Below are positions 41,117 through 53,619 of a DNA stretch of 64,000 nucleotides, piece by piece. Below the pieces are notes generated by a model. The model saw nothing but the letters and a program-made list of their open reading frames with translations. It ran no database searches and had not been told where the DNA came from. Position 1 is the stretch's first letter. Every line of letters begins with the position of its first letter. This DNA is from Eledone cirrhosa (taxonomy: Eukaryota). The stretch lies in assembly GCA_964016885.1 (NCBI GenBank), contig OZ024743.1:325748001-325812000 (forward strand), given 5' to 3'. Position numbers and translations under genes: made by a program.

Positions 41117-41590
41117 CTATGGCGAAAGAGGTTGTATGGTGGACAAGGTTGAAAGGGCTGAGGTCACACCTTTCTCTCCGGCCAACAACTGATTCTTTTT
41201 TTCAAATACCACTTTGGAAGAAGAATCAGGATGGAGAGAGAGGTGCTGTACCCCAGCAAGTTTTATGAAAGGTGGGTGAAAGTGGCGAGAATGGCCCGAG
41301 TGAATGGGCCTTCTCTCTATATCAGCCTGTAGGTTGAGGAAAAGGAGGAGGAGAGGAAAGGAGTACAAGCTCTTCGTACTCCTGGAGATGAGGTTGCACA
41401 TTTTTTTTCGGGGGTATGTGTTACCCATATAAACTGTCTCCCTCTATTGGGGAAAATCGACTAACTTTTTTAAATTCCATCTGTGATAACATTTTACACG
41501 TTTTTATTGTATGTAAACTTCCCCCTTTGTATTTGTCCCCTTCTTTTGTGCCCCTGTGGCTAATAAAGAAATATATCTATCTATCATCAT
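41117..41590 (+). mobile_element. Second, short 3' copy of a related Tx1 LINE
   Basis: Paralogous to 40578-41040 (AMAKEVVWWTRLKGLR..; GTGGCTAATAAAGAAATATATCTATCTATC). Confidence 0.88.
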
Positions 41591-42679
41591 TATCATCATT
41601 GTTTAACGTCTATTTTCATGCTAGCATGGGTTAGATGGGTTTGTCCCATTTGATGCAAGATATGTTGGGTGACCGTGTCTTGCTCATTTGGACTGTTTCT
41701 GGCTGGTTTTCTATGACTGGATACCCTTCCTAACGCCAACCACTTTACAGTGTGGGCTGGGTGCTATATATATATTATGTATTTGATTTAATTATACAAA
41801 TTTGTGCAAAACTGTGATCCATTAAGGTTCAGTAATTCACCTCTCTGGCTTTAATAGTAGCACTGGTCCTGGCTACCTCAATACTGTAGATCTGAGAACT
41901 AATTATGGCTAAACCACAATAACAACAAGTAGTTGGTTTCTTCATATCACTTAATTATGACAAGAATGTTAATTGAGAATATGATACTAATTGTTATAGA
42001 AACACATGACAAAGGACAGCTTGATACCTGTATTGCATTAAATGCAGTTAACTATAATCTTACTCTCTATACATTATTATCATCATTTAATGTCCATTTT
42101 CTCTTGAATGAGTTATCTATCACAGACTGAGTCTGTACTCAAACAAGGCTACTGACTGGGATGGGAATGGGGCTGCATCTCACTTATATTTGATCCTGTG
42201 CTCAACCGGCTGCATTTAATCATGACACCAGCACTAGGAAGATTGTCGTGTTTTTGACACAGCTGAAGGGTTCTCCTAACCCTTTCTTTGTCAGGTTTTC
42301 TATGGCTGGGTGCCCTTCCTATCACCATCCATTTTGGAGAGTGTACTCAGCGCATTTACTCACCAACATAAGGGAGGTTGTCATGTCTTTGACCCAACTG
42401 AAGGGTCCTTCCAACTCTTTTTTTGACAAGTTTTCTATGGCTGGGTGCCCTTCCTATCACCAACCACTTTGCAGTGTGTAAAAATCAATCAATAGGTTGC
42501 ACTGCTTGAATGGATCTCATTGATTCTCTGTCAATATCTAATCCTGTTGTTCATCATATTCAGCATAATCAGAGGGAATGCAGTTTATGTCATCTCAAAT
42601 CTGTTTGATATAGGTCTAACCCATGCTAGCGTGGAAGATGGACATTAAACGATAATGATGATGATGATGATGATGATGA

Positions 42680-43330
42680 TGATAGGTCATTCTAGCTCTT
42701 CCTTGTGTAGACTCCCACAAAAGAACTACACTAACAATTTCATCTTTAGCTCTCCAGCAATGCCCCCTGAATCTGACTCTATGCTCTTTGATGATTTCTG
42801 ATACTAAGTAAAGGTTCCCATACAGCCACTCATTGGTCACACAATTTCTCCAAGTGATATTCAAAGTCACTCTTAGCAAGCAAGTGTAGGCTCTATCTAA
42901 TATTTTGAGGTAAGCATCCATGCTGAGTAGCCGTACAATAGAACAGAGGAAACAGTGCTTGAAAGGGGCTTCTTTTCATGTCTGGAAGTCTAGATTTCCA
43001 TACTAGAGATAACTTATCAATGGCACCCCAGGCCTTACCAATATATGTGTTTACATTACTTTTTCAGCGAGAGACTTTACTTCCCACATAATTCTTCTAC
43101 ACAGTTAGGAGGTCTGCCAGTTACTGTTTTGATTGTTCCATTTTGATTTAAACTTATGTATTCTGTTTTGTCTGAGTGAACATAAACACCAATACCTTTA
43201 GCTGAATCTTCATGACTATGGTTTGGGCTTGGCTCGTTAGATTGTAGAGTAGCTCTAAATCATCAGTGTAATCTGCATTTGTGATTTTTGTATCTGTGAT
43301 TCCATATCTGAACTCAGCAGATTTCTTCCA
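42680..43330 (-). mobile_element. Degraded RTE-like LINE RT/C-terminal fragment
   Basis: DYTDDLELL, LDRAYTCLLRVTLNITW, RFRGHCWRAKDE..VLLW. Confidence 0.7.
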
Positions 43331-44263
43331 GAGAAGGATAGATAGTAAGAGAGAGGAAGTGAGAAAGTGATATAGAAGATGAATCAACCCCAGTACTAGA
43401 GTTGTACTTTTTTTTAGTAATATTGAAAGGCAATATTGGTGAGATTTGAATTTAGAAAGGAGACAACTGGAATTTATATTGTACATACCTTTTTAGGGCT
43501 GTGGATTGGCAGTGTTGGTAGAGCATCAGACAACATGCTTTGTGGCATATAGTTATGTTCTGAGTTCAAAGATTAGCTTTGCATTTCATCCTTATAGGAG
43601 CGATGAAATAGAGTACCAGTAATGCACTGGGGTTGATTTAATAGACTTCCCCTTCCCCCAAAATTATTGGCCTGGTGCCTAAATCAGAAACCATATTGTA
43701 CATACTTTAATTCAGTACATATTTGCACACGTATATGTGTACATAAACCTATTTGTAAGCACTTATGTATATAAAGATATGTATGATCAGGTACATACTC
43801 ATGTATGAATTCCCATATATGTGTATATATCTATAAAAGCGTACAAATATGTGAGCATACATGTGATCATAATTATAAATGTGTATGAATATATTTGAAC
43901 ATGTGTATTTATGTAACCCCTGGGTGAACAGGTATAGGGGAGTCATACATTTGCAGGTATACACAAATGTGAGCACAGATCATGACTTGCTATCCTATTT
44001 AGATTATGACTAATCATACACTTCTCAGTTGATGTCTGAGTTAATAACACTACAAGTACAGTGAATAGTGTGCCATTACTCTTTACTTCTAAAATATTTA
44101 ACTTACGTATTAATATCATTATTGTTACTAGCAGAAAAACCACCCTTCGGGTGGCTTTCAGCTAGCATGTGTAGTGTGTATATTGATATTATACGCAAGT
44201 ATATATACATGTAGATATGATATGTACATAGATATGATATATACATGTAGATATGATATGTAT

Positions 44264-44830
44264 CGGTAGAGGGTCGGACACCATGCTTTCCAGCATAGTT
44301 ACGTCCTTTTACGATCTGAGTTCAAATCCCGCTGAGGTTGACTTTGCCTTTCATCCTTACGGGGTCGATAAAATAAAGTACCAATAATACACTGGGTAAT
44401 TGCTGGCCTTGTGCCTAAAGTAGAAACAATTATTTGCTGCGGTGAATTGGCAGTATCGGTAGAGGGTCTCAGATGCCATGCTTTGACGCAAAGAGTTATG
44501 ACCCTTTCCATTCTGAGTTCAAATCCCGCTGAGGTTGACTTTGCCTTTCATCCTTACGGGGTCAATAAAATAAAGTACCAATAATACACTGGGTAATTGC
44601 TGGCCTTGTGCCTAAAGTAGAAACAATTATTTGCGGCGGTGAATTGGCAGTATCGGTAGAGGGTCTCAGATGCCATGCTTTGACGCAAAGAGTTATGACC
44701 CTTTCCATTCTGAGTTCAAATCCCGCTGAGGTTGACTTTGCCTTTCATCCTTACGGGGTCGATAAAATAAAGTACCAGTAATACACTGGGTATTTGCTGG
44801 CCTTGTGCCTAAAGTGGAAACAATTATTTG
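44264..44830 (+). mobile_element. Three head-to-tail Meta-like SINE copies
   Basis: ~198-bp repeats; copies 2 and 3 are nearly identical. Confidence 0.88.
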
Positions 44831-45215
44831 CTGTCTACATTAACTATAATACTGTTAGCATTAACTACAATACTGTTACAATAACTATTGTTAACTAATT
44901 ATGCCAAACCTGTTATAAGCAAAGTTCAGTGATAACATTTGCATATTGATAGTGGATGGCAAATCACAAACACTCACACATACACACACACACATGCACG
45001 AAGACACAAACACACACACAAACACACATACACACACACACAAACACACAAACACACAAACACACTCACACAAATGTACATATATATATATGTATGTATG
45101 TCACAGGAGTCATTTGACAGGCAAGCTGCAAGGGAAAATAGCAAGAAAACCCAAGTGTCTTCATAATAATTTAGCAGTTAGTTGATTTATTACTACTTTA
45201 GACTCTTACACCAAA

Positions 45216-45444
45216 ATGTCCACAACGGTAAGCGAAGAAAAGAATATGGATCCTGAAAATATAAAGAAAGAAATCGAAAGTAATTTTGGGCAATATTTTG
45301 GCAAAGATGGCCATCCCATGAGCGTTTATAAATATAAAGGACATAATATTCTTTATATGGAACTAGCTTCATCAGCTTTATCTAAACTACATACTCTGAA
45401 AATTAGACCTGATGATATGTTGATGTATACACACCCTGGAGCAG
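45216..45444 (+). CDS. Cytosolic sulfotransferase-like protein, coding exon 1
   Basis: ATG in AAAATG context; IRPDDMLMYTHPGAG is equivalent to SULT RPDD..TYPKSG; donor G|gtatgc. The upstream tttag suggests a 5' UTR intron. Confidence 0.85.
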
Positions 45445-46241
45445 GTATGCAAAGCCATAGTTATATATTGCACTTCTCTAACTGAACAAATTATATTGAC
45501 TACTTAATGTAAATATTTTACATGTTTGTATTAACGTAATCCTTTTATGCAAATTTAGATATTTTAGTTGTTGTTACAATCAATTATGTATAAGGTTGTT
45601 ATGCTGGTGACACAATGAAAAAGTACCCAGTCCAACCTGTCAGTTGGTCAGATATTTTTGGGGCCATGATAAAAAGCCCCCAGTCAATGTTGTAAGCGTG
45701 GTTGGTGTTGGAAAGGGCATCAAGCTGTAGAAACCAAGCCAGAAACGGTTCTGTATGAGCAAGACACAGTCACCTGATCTGACTTATCCCACAATGAGAC
45801 AACTCCTCTTACTCGTGCTAGTTCGGAAGATAGACGTTAAACAGTGATGGTGGTGATCGTTAGTCTTCCAAAGGCAATTTAATTGACAATGTTAAGAGAC
45901 TTTGAACAAAAATTATACCAGCACGAGGTTTGCACCCCTGGGGCCAGTACAATGCAAGTGGCAATGAAAACTGAATGTGTTGCTTCTGCAGTGCCATAGC
46001 ACTATAAACATACACATCATCAAGAAGATGCTGGCAGAGCTCCCTGATCTAATTGTGCATGCACTGGTGAATAGGGTTATGAGTGTGAATGGAAAACTGA
46101 TATCAATGCACATGAGATATGACTATAATAGTACCGCCTCCTCTATAATAGTTAACTGTCTCTGATTGTTATATTAGATCATTGACAAGATTCATGTTTA
46201 TGCAGTATTTAGTACATCTATGATTGTATAACACTTTTCAG

Positions 46242-46559
46242 GGTCACATTGGTTATTTGAAATAACTTATATGATATTGAGAGGAAACAGTGAAAGAGTC
46301 CCCATGATAAAGGAAGATTTACTATTAGACTGGGCAACAATAGAGCATCTTGATGCAATTGAATCCCCCCGGCTCTTGAACACACACCTTCCTATTGAAT
46401 TTCTACCCCCGGAATTGCTAAAGGATCATAAAATTCTCTACATAAACCGCAACCCAAAAGCTATGATGGTGACATACTACAAACACGTGAAGGGAGCTAA
46501 TTTATTTAAATATGATGGAGAATTTTCCAGCTTTTTTCCCCTTTATATGAAAGGGGAAG
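46242..46559 (+). CDS. Sulfotransferase-like exon 2
   Basis: tttcag|GGTCACATTGG...GAAG|gtaagt; SHWLFEI..SPRLLNTHLP..KILYINRNPKAMMVTYY. Confidence 0.92.
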
Positions 46560-46667
46560 GTAAGTCGTCAAGATTATTGTTACTACTACTACTACTACTA
46601 CTACTACTAATACTACTACTACTACTTCTAATACTACTGTAATGTTATAGGATATAGAATAGAATAT

Positions 46668-46995
46668 GGCACATGGCTTAGTGGTTAGAGCATTGGCCTT
46701 GTAATTGAGTTCAATTCTCAGACCGGGTGATGTGTTGTTTCCTAGAGCAAGACACTTTATTTCACATTGTTCCAGTTTACTCAGCTGTAGAAATGAGATG
46801 ATAGGGACTGGGGTCCCTATCATTCCACTGCAAAGTAGTCGTGGAGGTGCCATGGCAAAAAAGCACCCAGCACTCACTGTAAATGAGGTTGGTGTTAGGA
46901 AGGGCATCCAGCTGTAGAAATCAAGCCAGAATCAGTTCCCCGTCCCACCCTTGCAGGCAGGGAAAAGCGGACATAAAATGATGATGATGATGATG
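46668..46995 (+). mobile_element. Full-length tRNA-derived CORE-SINE with RTE-like tail
   Basis: TGGCTTAGTGG A-box, GAGTTCAATTC B-box, GAGCAAGACACTTTATTTCACATTG core, AGGAAGGGCATCCAGC, (ATG)n tail. Confidence 0.85.
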
Positions 46996-47129
46996 ATGAT
47001 AGAATATAAGAAGAGACGTGATTATTCAAGTATAATAAAATACATTTGAAACATTGAAATCCAAACACAGAGTTACTATATATGATAAAAGTGTTAGAAT
47101 AATGGTATTTTACATGATTTTCTAACATT

Positions 47130-47470
47130 GTGGATTGGCAGTATCGGTAGTGGGTCGGACGCCATGCTTTGTAGCACAGTTATGTCCCTTTACGGACTGA
47201 GTTCAAATTCCGCCGAGGTTAACTTTGCCTTTCGTTCTTACGGGGTCGATAAAATAAAGTACCAGTAATACACTGGGATAATTGCTGGCCTTGTGCCAAA
47301 AATAGAAACAATTATTAACAGTTAGATATTAGCAAAGAGTTGTGGCCCTTTGCATTCTGAGTTTAAATTCCACCAAAGTTAACTTTGCCTTTCATCCTTA
47401 CGGGGTCGATAAAATAAAGCACCAGTAATGCACTGGGGTAATTGCTGGTGTTGTGCCAAAAGTAGAAATA
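47130..47470 (+). mobile_element. Two Meta-like SINE copies
   Basis: Same motifs as the 10425 copy; further copies at ~43500-43700, 49925-50620 (interrupted) and 52358-52540. Confidence 0.8.
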
Positions 47471-47574
47471 ATTCGTAACATTTATAGTGACTGTGTTTGG
47501 ATTTCAATGTTTCAAATTTGAAGTCACCCAGACACCTTGATAAATCATAAGATATGTTTATTTCTGGCTATACG

Positions 47575-47925
47575 AGACTATATATATAGACTATATACAC
47601 AAGTATACCAGACTGTATATTTAGACTATATACACAAGTATACCAGACTGTATATTTAGACTATATATTCAAGTATACCAGACTGTATATTTAGACTATA
47701 TATTCAAGTATACCAGACTGTATATTTAAATATACCAGACTGCGTGAATTAAAAAAAATGAATAAATGTTTATTCTCAATATATGTTTCACTCACAAAGT
47801 TGGCTTTAAAACCATTGATAATTATATAAATATGAAAAACAATTATATAAATATGAAAAACAATTATATAAATATGAAAAACAATTATATAAATATGAAA
47901 AACAATTATATAAATATGAAAAACA
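47575..47925. repeat. Short 35-bp and 21-bp tandem arrays
   Basis: GACTATATACACAAGTATACCAGACTGTATATTTA x~4; AATTATATAAATATGAAAAAC x5. Confidence 0.85.
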
Positions 47926-48098
47926 AAATTAGTAATGAGAAAAAGGGGAAAGGGTAAAGAAGGGCAGATCTGGCTGCATGGGAAAGTAGAGGAAAGGACT
48001 ATAAATGGTATAAATGAGAGGAAAAGGGGGAGAAAGCAAGAACTCTTAGGCTACAGATGAAAGGGAGGAGGAAGGGAAGAGTGTGATGGGCTCTGAGC

Positions 48099-48420
48099 CT
48101 AGGGCAGGGCAGTGTTTCGGCTGCGGCCTGTGTTCAAAATGGTAACAGCATTTCCACCAACAATGGCCAGCGACACCTGCTGTAACAGCCACCCCACCTC
48201 ACGGAGCTCCTTCCTCAGACAGGCTGCTGACGTTCCGATTTTGTGGAGAAGCTCGGCAGTATGGGGTCCCAGGATGCCTGAGGTCTCAATATTGACCGAT
48301 ATGAAGAGCAAGTGGCTGGACAATATATCTAGGTTATATATTCAATGTTGTTGTTGTTTTTATTCATGGCAAAGTCACACTACCAACAAAGTTCTGCCAT
48401 GTGTTCGATCCCAATGCTTG
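48099..48420 (-). mobile_element. CRE-like non-LTR retrotransposon, restriction-like endonuclease C-terminal relic
   Basis: IETSGILGP..ELLHKIG..WLLQQVSLAIVGGNAVTIL resembles the RLE-end pattern ETxG..G..L.QR.S.A.QRGNA..IL. Confidence 0.6.
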
Positions 48421-49529
48421 GCTCGTGCTGGTCATGTTTCCCATCATGATGAGCCTGCAAGGAAACTACTTTTCTGATCACCAGATGCAAAGCCTTGAGT
48501 ATGACATCCAAACATAACCATCAGGACTTTGTTTGAGAGGAATACTGGCCTCGCTGGACAGGATCTTCTTGCTGCAATGAGAGACTGGGAAGTCTGCAAC
48601 AAGAACTTTGTGCATGTTTCCCCTTCAATGAAGAGATGACTCAAGAAGAAAATCTATTCAAGTATCCCAGATTATATATTTAGACTACATATTCTAGTAT
48701 AATAGACTATGTCACAGTAAAACAGACAGAGTTTTATGGATTATTAAGGAATATTCTGCATTTAATTCCACTTAGTGATAAGATAATTCTTCTGGGGATT
48801 TTAATGTTCATCTGGGTAAAGATTTAGAGACATAGAGCTGTCTTGGAAGGTATGGAGTTTGGAAAGCTATTACTAATGGCCTGCTTCTGCTAGAGTTCAA
48901 CTTGTATATTTTGAGCACACACTTCAAGTATAGAGAGGATCATGTCACAATATAGATGAACCCAGGTTTCCACAGTAGTATTTGATTGATTATATAATTG
49001 TTTGCAAATGTGACATGCAGGATGTCTTTCATGTCCATTCTATATGAGGTGTTGAGTGCTGGACTGATGTTGACCACAGTATTTGACTGGTATTTTAATT
49101 TGTCTACTATAACTCACTTTCAGGCAGTTGAAGTGCAGTTAAGGTATAACAAAACATTTAACAACTATCTAAAATAAATGAAAAATTAATATAAAAGTTT
49201 TTTGGATAATTTGTAAATTATATATATAAATTATATGTCAATCAACTTTTGATTTAATTTTAATAAATGCTCGGATTTATTACTTGAATCTTTGAGCTTA
49301 TTCCACAAGTGATATGGCACGTGCTTCTAATATTCTCAGACGTCGCATCTTTAATTCAATTTTGGTGGTATAAAGGTTTTTGTGAATTTTAATATGGTTA
49401 AAATGGTTGATGTATGATGCAATTGGTATCGAAGTGTCCTTCTTCATTCGTTGAATTTATTAATCACGTCTTTTAAGAATTTTTACTAAACAATCATAAT
49501 TTCTACAATATTTTTCACATTTCTTTCAG

Positions 49530-49627
49530 TTCCCTATGATGATTATTTTAAACACACTCAAGAATTTTATGCTTTAATTAAAGACAATCCAAATGCTCTT
49601 ATCATAACTTATGAAGAAATGAAACAG
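49530..49627 (+). CDS. Sulfotransferase-like exon 3 (not in the ORF track)
   Basis: ctttcag|TTCCC...AAACAG|gtaaat; VPYDDYFKHTQEFY..NALIITYEEMKQ, matching the SULT YEDMK motif; phases 1/0 fit. Confidence 0.9.
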
Positions 49628-50060
49628 GTAAATATATATATATATTTACCTTATTTTTGTTAATATTAATGAATCTTTCTTCTTAAGTTTTAATTTTTCA
49701 GTTAATGATGAGGAAACAAAAACTATAGTATAAATACAATATGTTAAAGATTTTAAATACTATCATATTTTCTTGGATTATAAGAATATGATTATTGTAA
49801 GGAATATACTTTTTCATTTCATATTATTTATCTCTGTCATAATGTTAATCACATATTTAATCGACTTTCCCCTCCTCCAAATTGCTGGCTTTGTGTTTAA
49901 AGTAGAAATAATTATTATTATTTTATTGGCAGCATTGGTAGAGAGGCGGACACCATGCTTGGTAGCATAGAGTTGTGTCCCTTTACAGACTGAGTTCAAA
50001 TCCCGCCGCGGTTAACTTTGCCTTTCATCCTTACGATGTCAATAAAATAAAGCACCAGTA

Positions 50061-50545
50061 CATGGCTATGGTGCGGCCACACTTAGAATTTGCATCACCA
50101 GTCTGGAACCCCTATCTTGCTCAGAACATTGACCGCCTGGAAACTGTTCAGAGACGTGCAACCAAGCGAATACCCTCCATCAGGCATCTACCATACTCTG
50201 AATGCCTTGCTTCCCTGGGCATGGATACATTGAAGCTCTGACGTCTGGCAACTGACTTGGTAAACACCCACAAAATTGTTAACCATCTTGCCAACAACAA
50301 CCCTGAGCACCTTTTTGATTTCCATGTGTCTAACACAAGTGGACATGCCCACAAAGTCAGAAAACGGCACAGTTCCCATGACTTTCGGAAACATTTTTTC
50401 ACGCTCAGAGTTGCTGAAGCATGGAACAAACTGCCTGCATCAGTTATTAGCTGCTGTATTATTCTATGTACTATACATGCGCTTTTGACGAGTAGTAGTG
50501 CACCTGAGCACTGTACACAATAATTTCATTATTATTATTATTATA
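50061..50545 (+). mobile_element. CR1/L2-group LINE 3' fragment inserted into a SINE
   Basis: MVRPHLEFASPVWNPY..LETVQRRATK..RKHFFTLRVAEAWNKLP and an (ATT)n tail; it splits the SINE between CCAGTA and AATGCACTGGG. Confidence 0.88.
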
Positions 50546-50736
50546 ATGCACTGGGGTCGATTTAATTGACTTTCCCCTCCCCTTAAAAAAATTGCTGGCC
50601 TTGTGCCTAAAGTAGAAACAATTATTTTATTAAACCAAAACATTATTCACAGAAAATATTTCTCTATGATGAGAAAACATCTGTATGTCAAATACAGAAA
50701 TCTTTATGATTTCACTCCAAAATGTCTCTTTAATAG

Positions 50737-50914
50737 GATCTATCGAAAGCAGTAATGCGTGTTGCTAAGTTCTTGGGGAAACCAATCAGTGATGAACTTA
50801 CTAAAAGTATTGTCGACATGTGTACGTTTGATAAAATGAAATCCGAAAAATTAGTGGTTGATTCATATGTCCCCAAAGACCTGATGAAAAGTGATGGCAC
50901 CTACTACCATGTTG
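50737..50914 (+). CDS. Sulfotransferase-like exon 4
   Basis: taatag|GATCTA...GTTG|gtaagt; DLSKAVMRVAKFLGK..IVDMCTFDKMK..YYHV. Confidence 0.9.
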
Positions 50915-50990
50915 GTAAGTCTATATCTTATTATATGTTTTGACAAATTGAAATACACATATTGTATTTGTAGTTGCCTTGTTTGTTTTG

Positions 50991-51063
<73 letters not shown>

Positions 51064-53197
51064 TATATATATATATACATATACATATATACATATATGT
51101 GTGTAAAAGGTAAAAAGAAATAACAACACAATCAGTACAGTATATGGAAGGAATATATTTGAAATAGCAGGAAGAGGGTATTGGCGCTTTGGACTCCATG
51201 CGGAATGGAAAAAAAGATATTTTTAGAGAAAAATAACAGGTCCATTCATGTTAAGTTTAAGCAAAGAATCGCTGCTTTCACTCTTTTACGGGATCTTCTG
51301 AAACATTTGTTGAGTAGAGATCCCGTAAAAGGGTGAAAGCAGCGATTCTTTGCTTAAACTTTTATCTGTACTTATAATAAATATTTGCTCTATGGGTTTT
51401 TTTATATATATATAATTCTTATCGAACCCTCTTAGGATTTTAGTCTTCACACTTATTATAACAAAAAGGCACCTAGTCCACACCGTAAAGTGGCCATGTG
51501 GGCACCTCGGTAAAAAGCACCCACTATTCACTATAAATGAGGTTGGTGTTAGGATGGGCATCCAGCTATAGAAATCTAGCCAAAATCAGTTTTGTATGAA
51601 CAAGACACGGTTACCTGACCTGGCATTGCCCACAACAGGACAACTCATCTAACCCATACTAGTGTGGAAGAATGGACGTAAAACAGTGATGATGATGATG
51701 ATATATATCATCATCATCGTTTTTACATCTGATTTTCCGTGCTTGCATGGGTTGGACAGGTCGTTCTCAGCATGGCATCTCTGCATACATCGCGATCCAT
51801 TGTCATTGCCTCTGTGAGTCTCAGTGATTTGAGGTCAGCCCTCACAACTTCTGCCCAGGTCTTTCCTGGTCTACCTTTACTACGACTTCATTAAAGCAAA
51901 CGACACAGTACAATAAAGAAATATATTATTAGTTTTACGCTTGATAGAGTAGGAAAAGAGTCTTAACATTTCGGACACTAGTCTTTCATCAGAAAATAGA
52001 ATGAGAAATTAAAAAAGAAATAGAAAAATAGAGTTACACTTGCAGGATTGTCATGTCTAATGATCCTGCAAATGTGTAGGTGAAACTCCAGAGTAACAAG
52101 ACTCACTACTTAGCCATAATAAAGGAACATATTTCCATTCAGATTACTACTAACAGATCAGAATCACAGAAACTAATGGGCCGGAAAATTAAATTTCCTA
52201 CCCACATGAAATTGTTTTTCTGACTAATTAACATATAAGTGTGCACTCTAATTTTCTTTGTGTCTTAATAATACAGACTTATTAAATTATTGAGTGAGTG
52301 AGAAAATGACCAAAACTGTGTCAGTCCCATTTGATAGTTTTGTTTCATTATTATTTGGATTGGCAGTATCGGTAGAGGGTCGGACGCCATGCTTTCCAGC
52401 ATAGTTACGTCCCTTTACGATCTGAGTTCAAATCCCGCCGAGGTTGACTTTGCCTTTCATCCTTACGGGGTCGATAAAATAAAGTACCAGTAATGCACTG
52501 GGTAATTGCTGGCCTTGTGCCAAAAGTAGAAACAATTATTATTTTAAACTCCCAGTGGACTAACCTGCATTCAAATTGTATGTTGAACGTTTTTATTTTG
52601 TTTATTATAGTTCGATTTATTTATTTATTGCTTGCCATTCTGACTTTGCTTTTTCTATGGAAGCCCCTGGTTGAGTGCATCATGGTCTGTTCATTTTTTT
52701 AATTTGAATAAGTGCCAACATGTTCCCTGTGAACGGTCAAGACTGGCTTACTTCCTCTTTGGTGTGAAGTCATTATATATATATGTATATTATAGTACAA
52801 ACTTGATATAAATATCCAAGGGTTTAGAAACTTAAGTACTTGTATATGTCACTGTTGTAACTAATTATATATATATGTTAGGATTAAACCAGTTTTAAAC
52901 TAGTGAGACCATTATTAAACAAAGTACTCAATACTTGGGATAGTAGAGTGTGATTATATTAGAAAGAGTCAGGACCTAATGGCTGAGCTCTTGCCATTTC
53001 AACAGCTACTTCCAGACTACTATATATATATAGAGAGAGAGAGGTAGAACACTGGGAGGTTATATCCGTAGTAAGTAGAGCACTCAGTCCATAGAACGAG
53101 TTCAGTATAGAGTTAGTTCCACAACATATTAGCAAACCATACTTGACGACACATGTTTCACCCAACGGATTTTATGTATGTTTGTAAATATTTACAG

Positions 53198-53304
53198 GTA
53201 AGGTGGACACATGGAAAAAATGGTTAACAGTGGAACAAAGTGAAACAGTGGATGCCAGGATCCAATCAGAATTGATTGATCAAGGAATCGAGCTTAATTT
53301 TTGA
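53198..53304 (+). CDS. Sulfotransferase-like terminal exon (not in the ORF track)
   Basis: tttacag|GTAAGGTG; GKVDTWKKWLTVEQSETVDARI..NF*, equivalent to SULT G..GDWKN.FTV.Q.E.FD; AATAAA at 53465. Spliced CDS is 930 nt (309 aa). Confidence 0.88.
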
Positions 53305-53619
53305 ATTGTTCTTTGATGTTAGAAATTATCATTTTGTACTCAGCCGAATTTGTTTTGGCCAAATATAGAAATATGTTTAAACACTCCTCAATTAAAAACG
53401 TAGGAAAGGAATTTATTTATGATTTACGTTCTTATATCATAATTATGATTTACTAAAACATTTGAATAAACATTATAAATATCTATTGACTGGTTTTTAA
53501 GTTCCCTTATTTTATTTTTTAACATAACTTCCATTTCACTCCTAACTCACCTGAAGTTTACAATATTTATCTTTGAGCAGTTAAATTGCATATGTGAAGT
53601 TTTATCTGAGTGTTGACCC

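Noticed and set aside
46668-46730. tRNA-like A/B boxes here and in other SINE heads
   Set aside because: SINE promoters; no complete cloverleaf, so no tRNA gene is called.
48760-49080. ILLGDFNVHLG-like coding remnant
   Set aside because: Heavily degraded LINE AP-endonuclease fragment, not a host exon; its phases do not fit the sulfotransferase model.
51961-51996. Minus-strand minimal hammerhead-like motif CTGATGA-AAGACTAGTGTCC-GAAA-TGT-TA, with a decayed relative at ~19119-19150
   Set aside because: Probably real PLE pLTR relics, but stems I and III barely pair, so they are not called functional.
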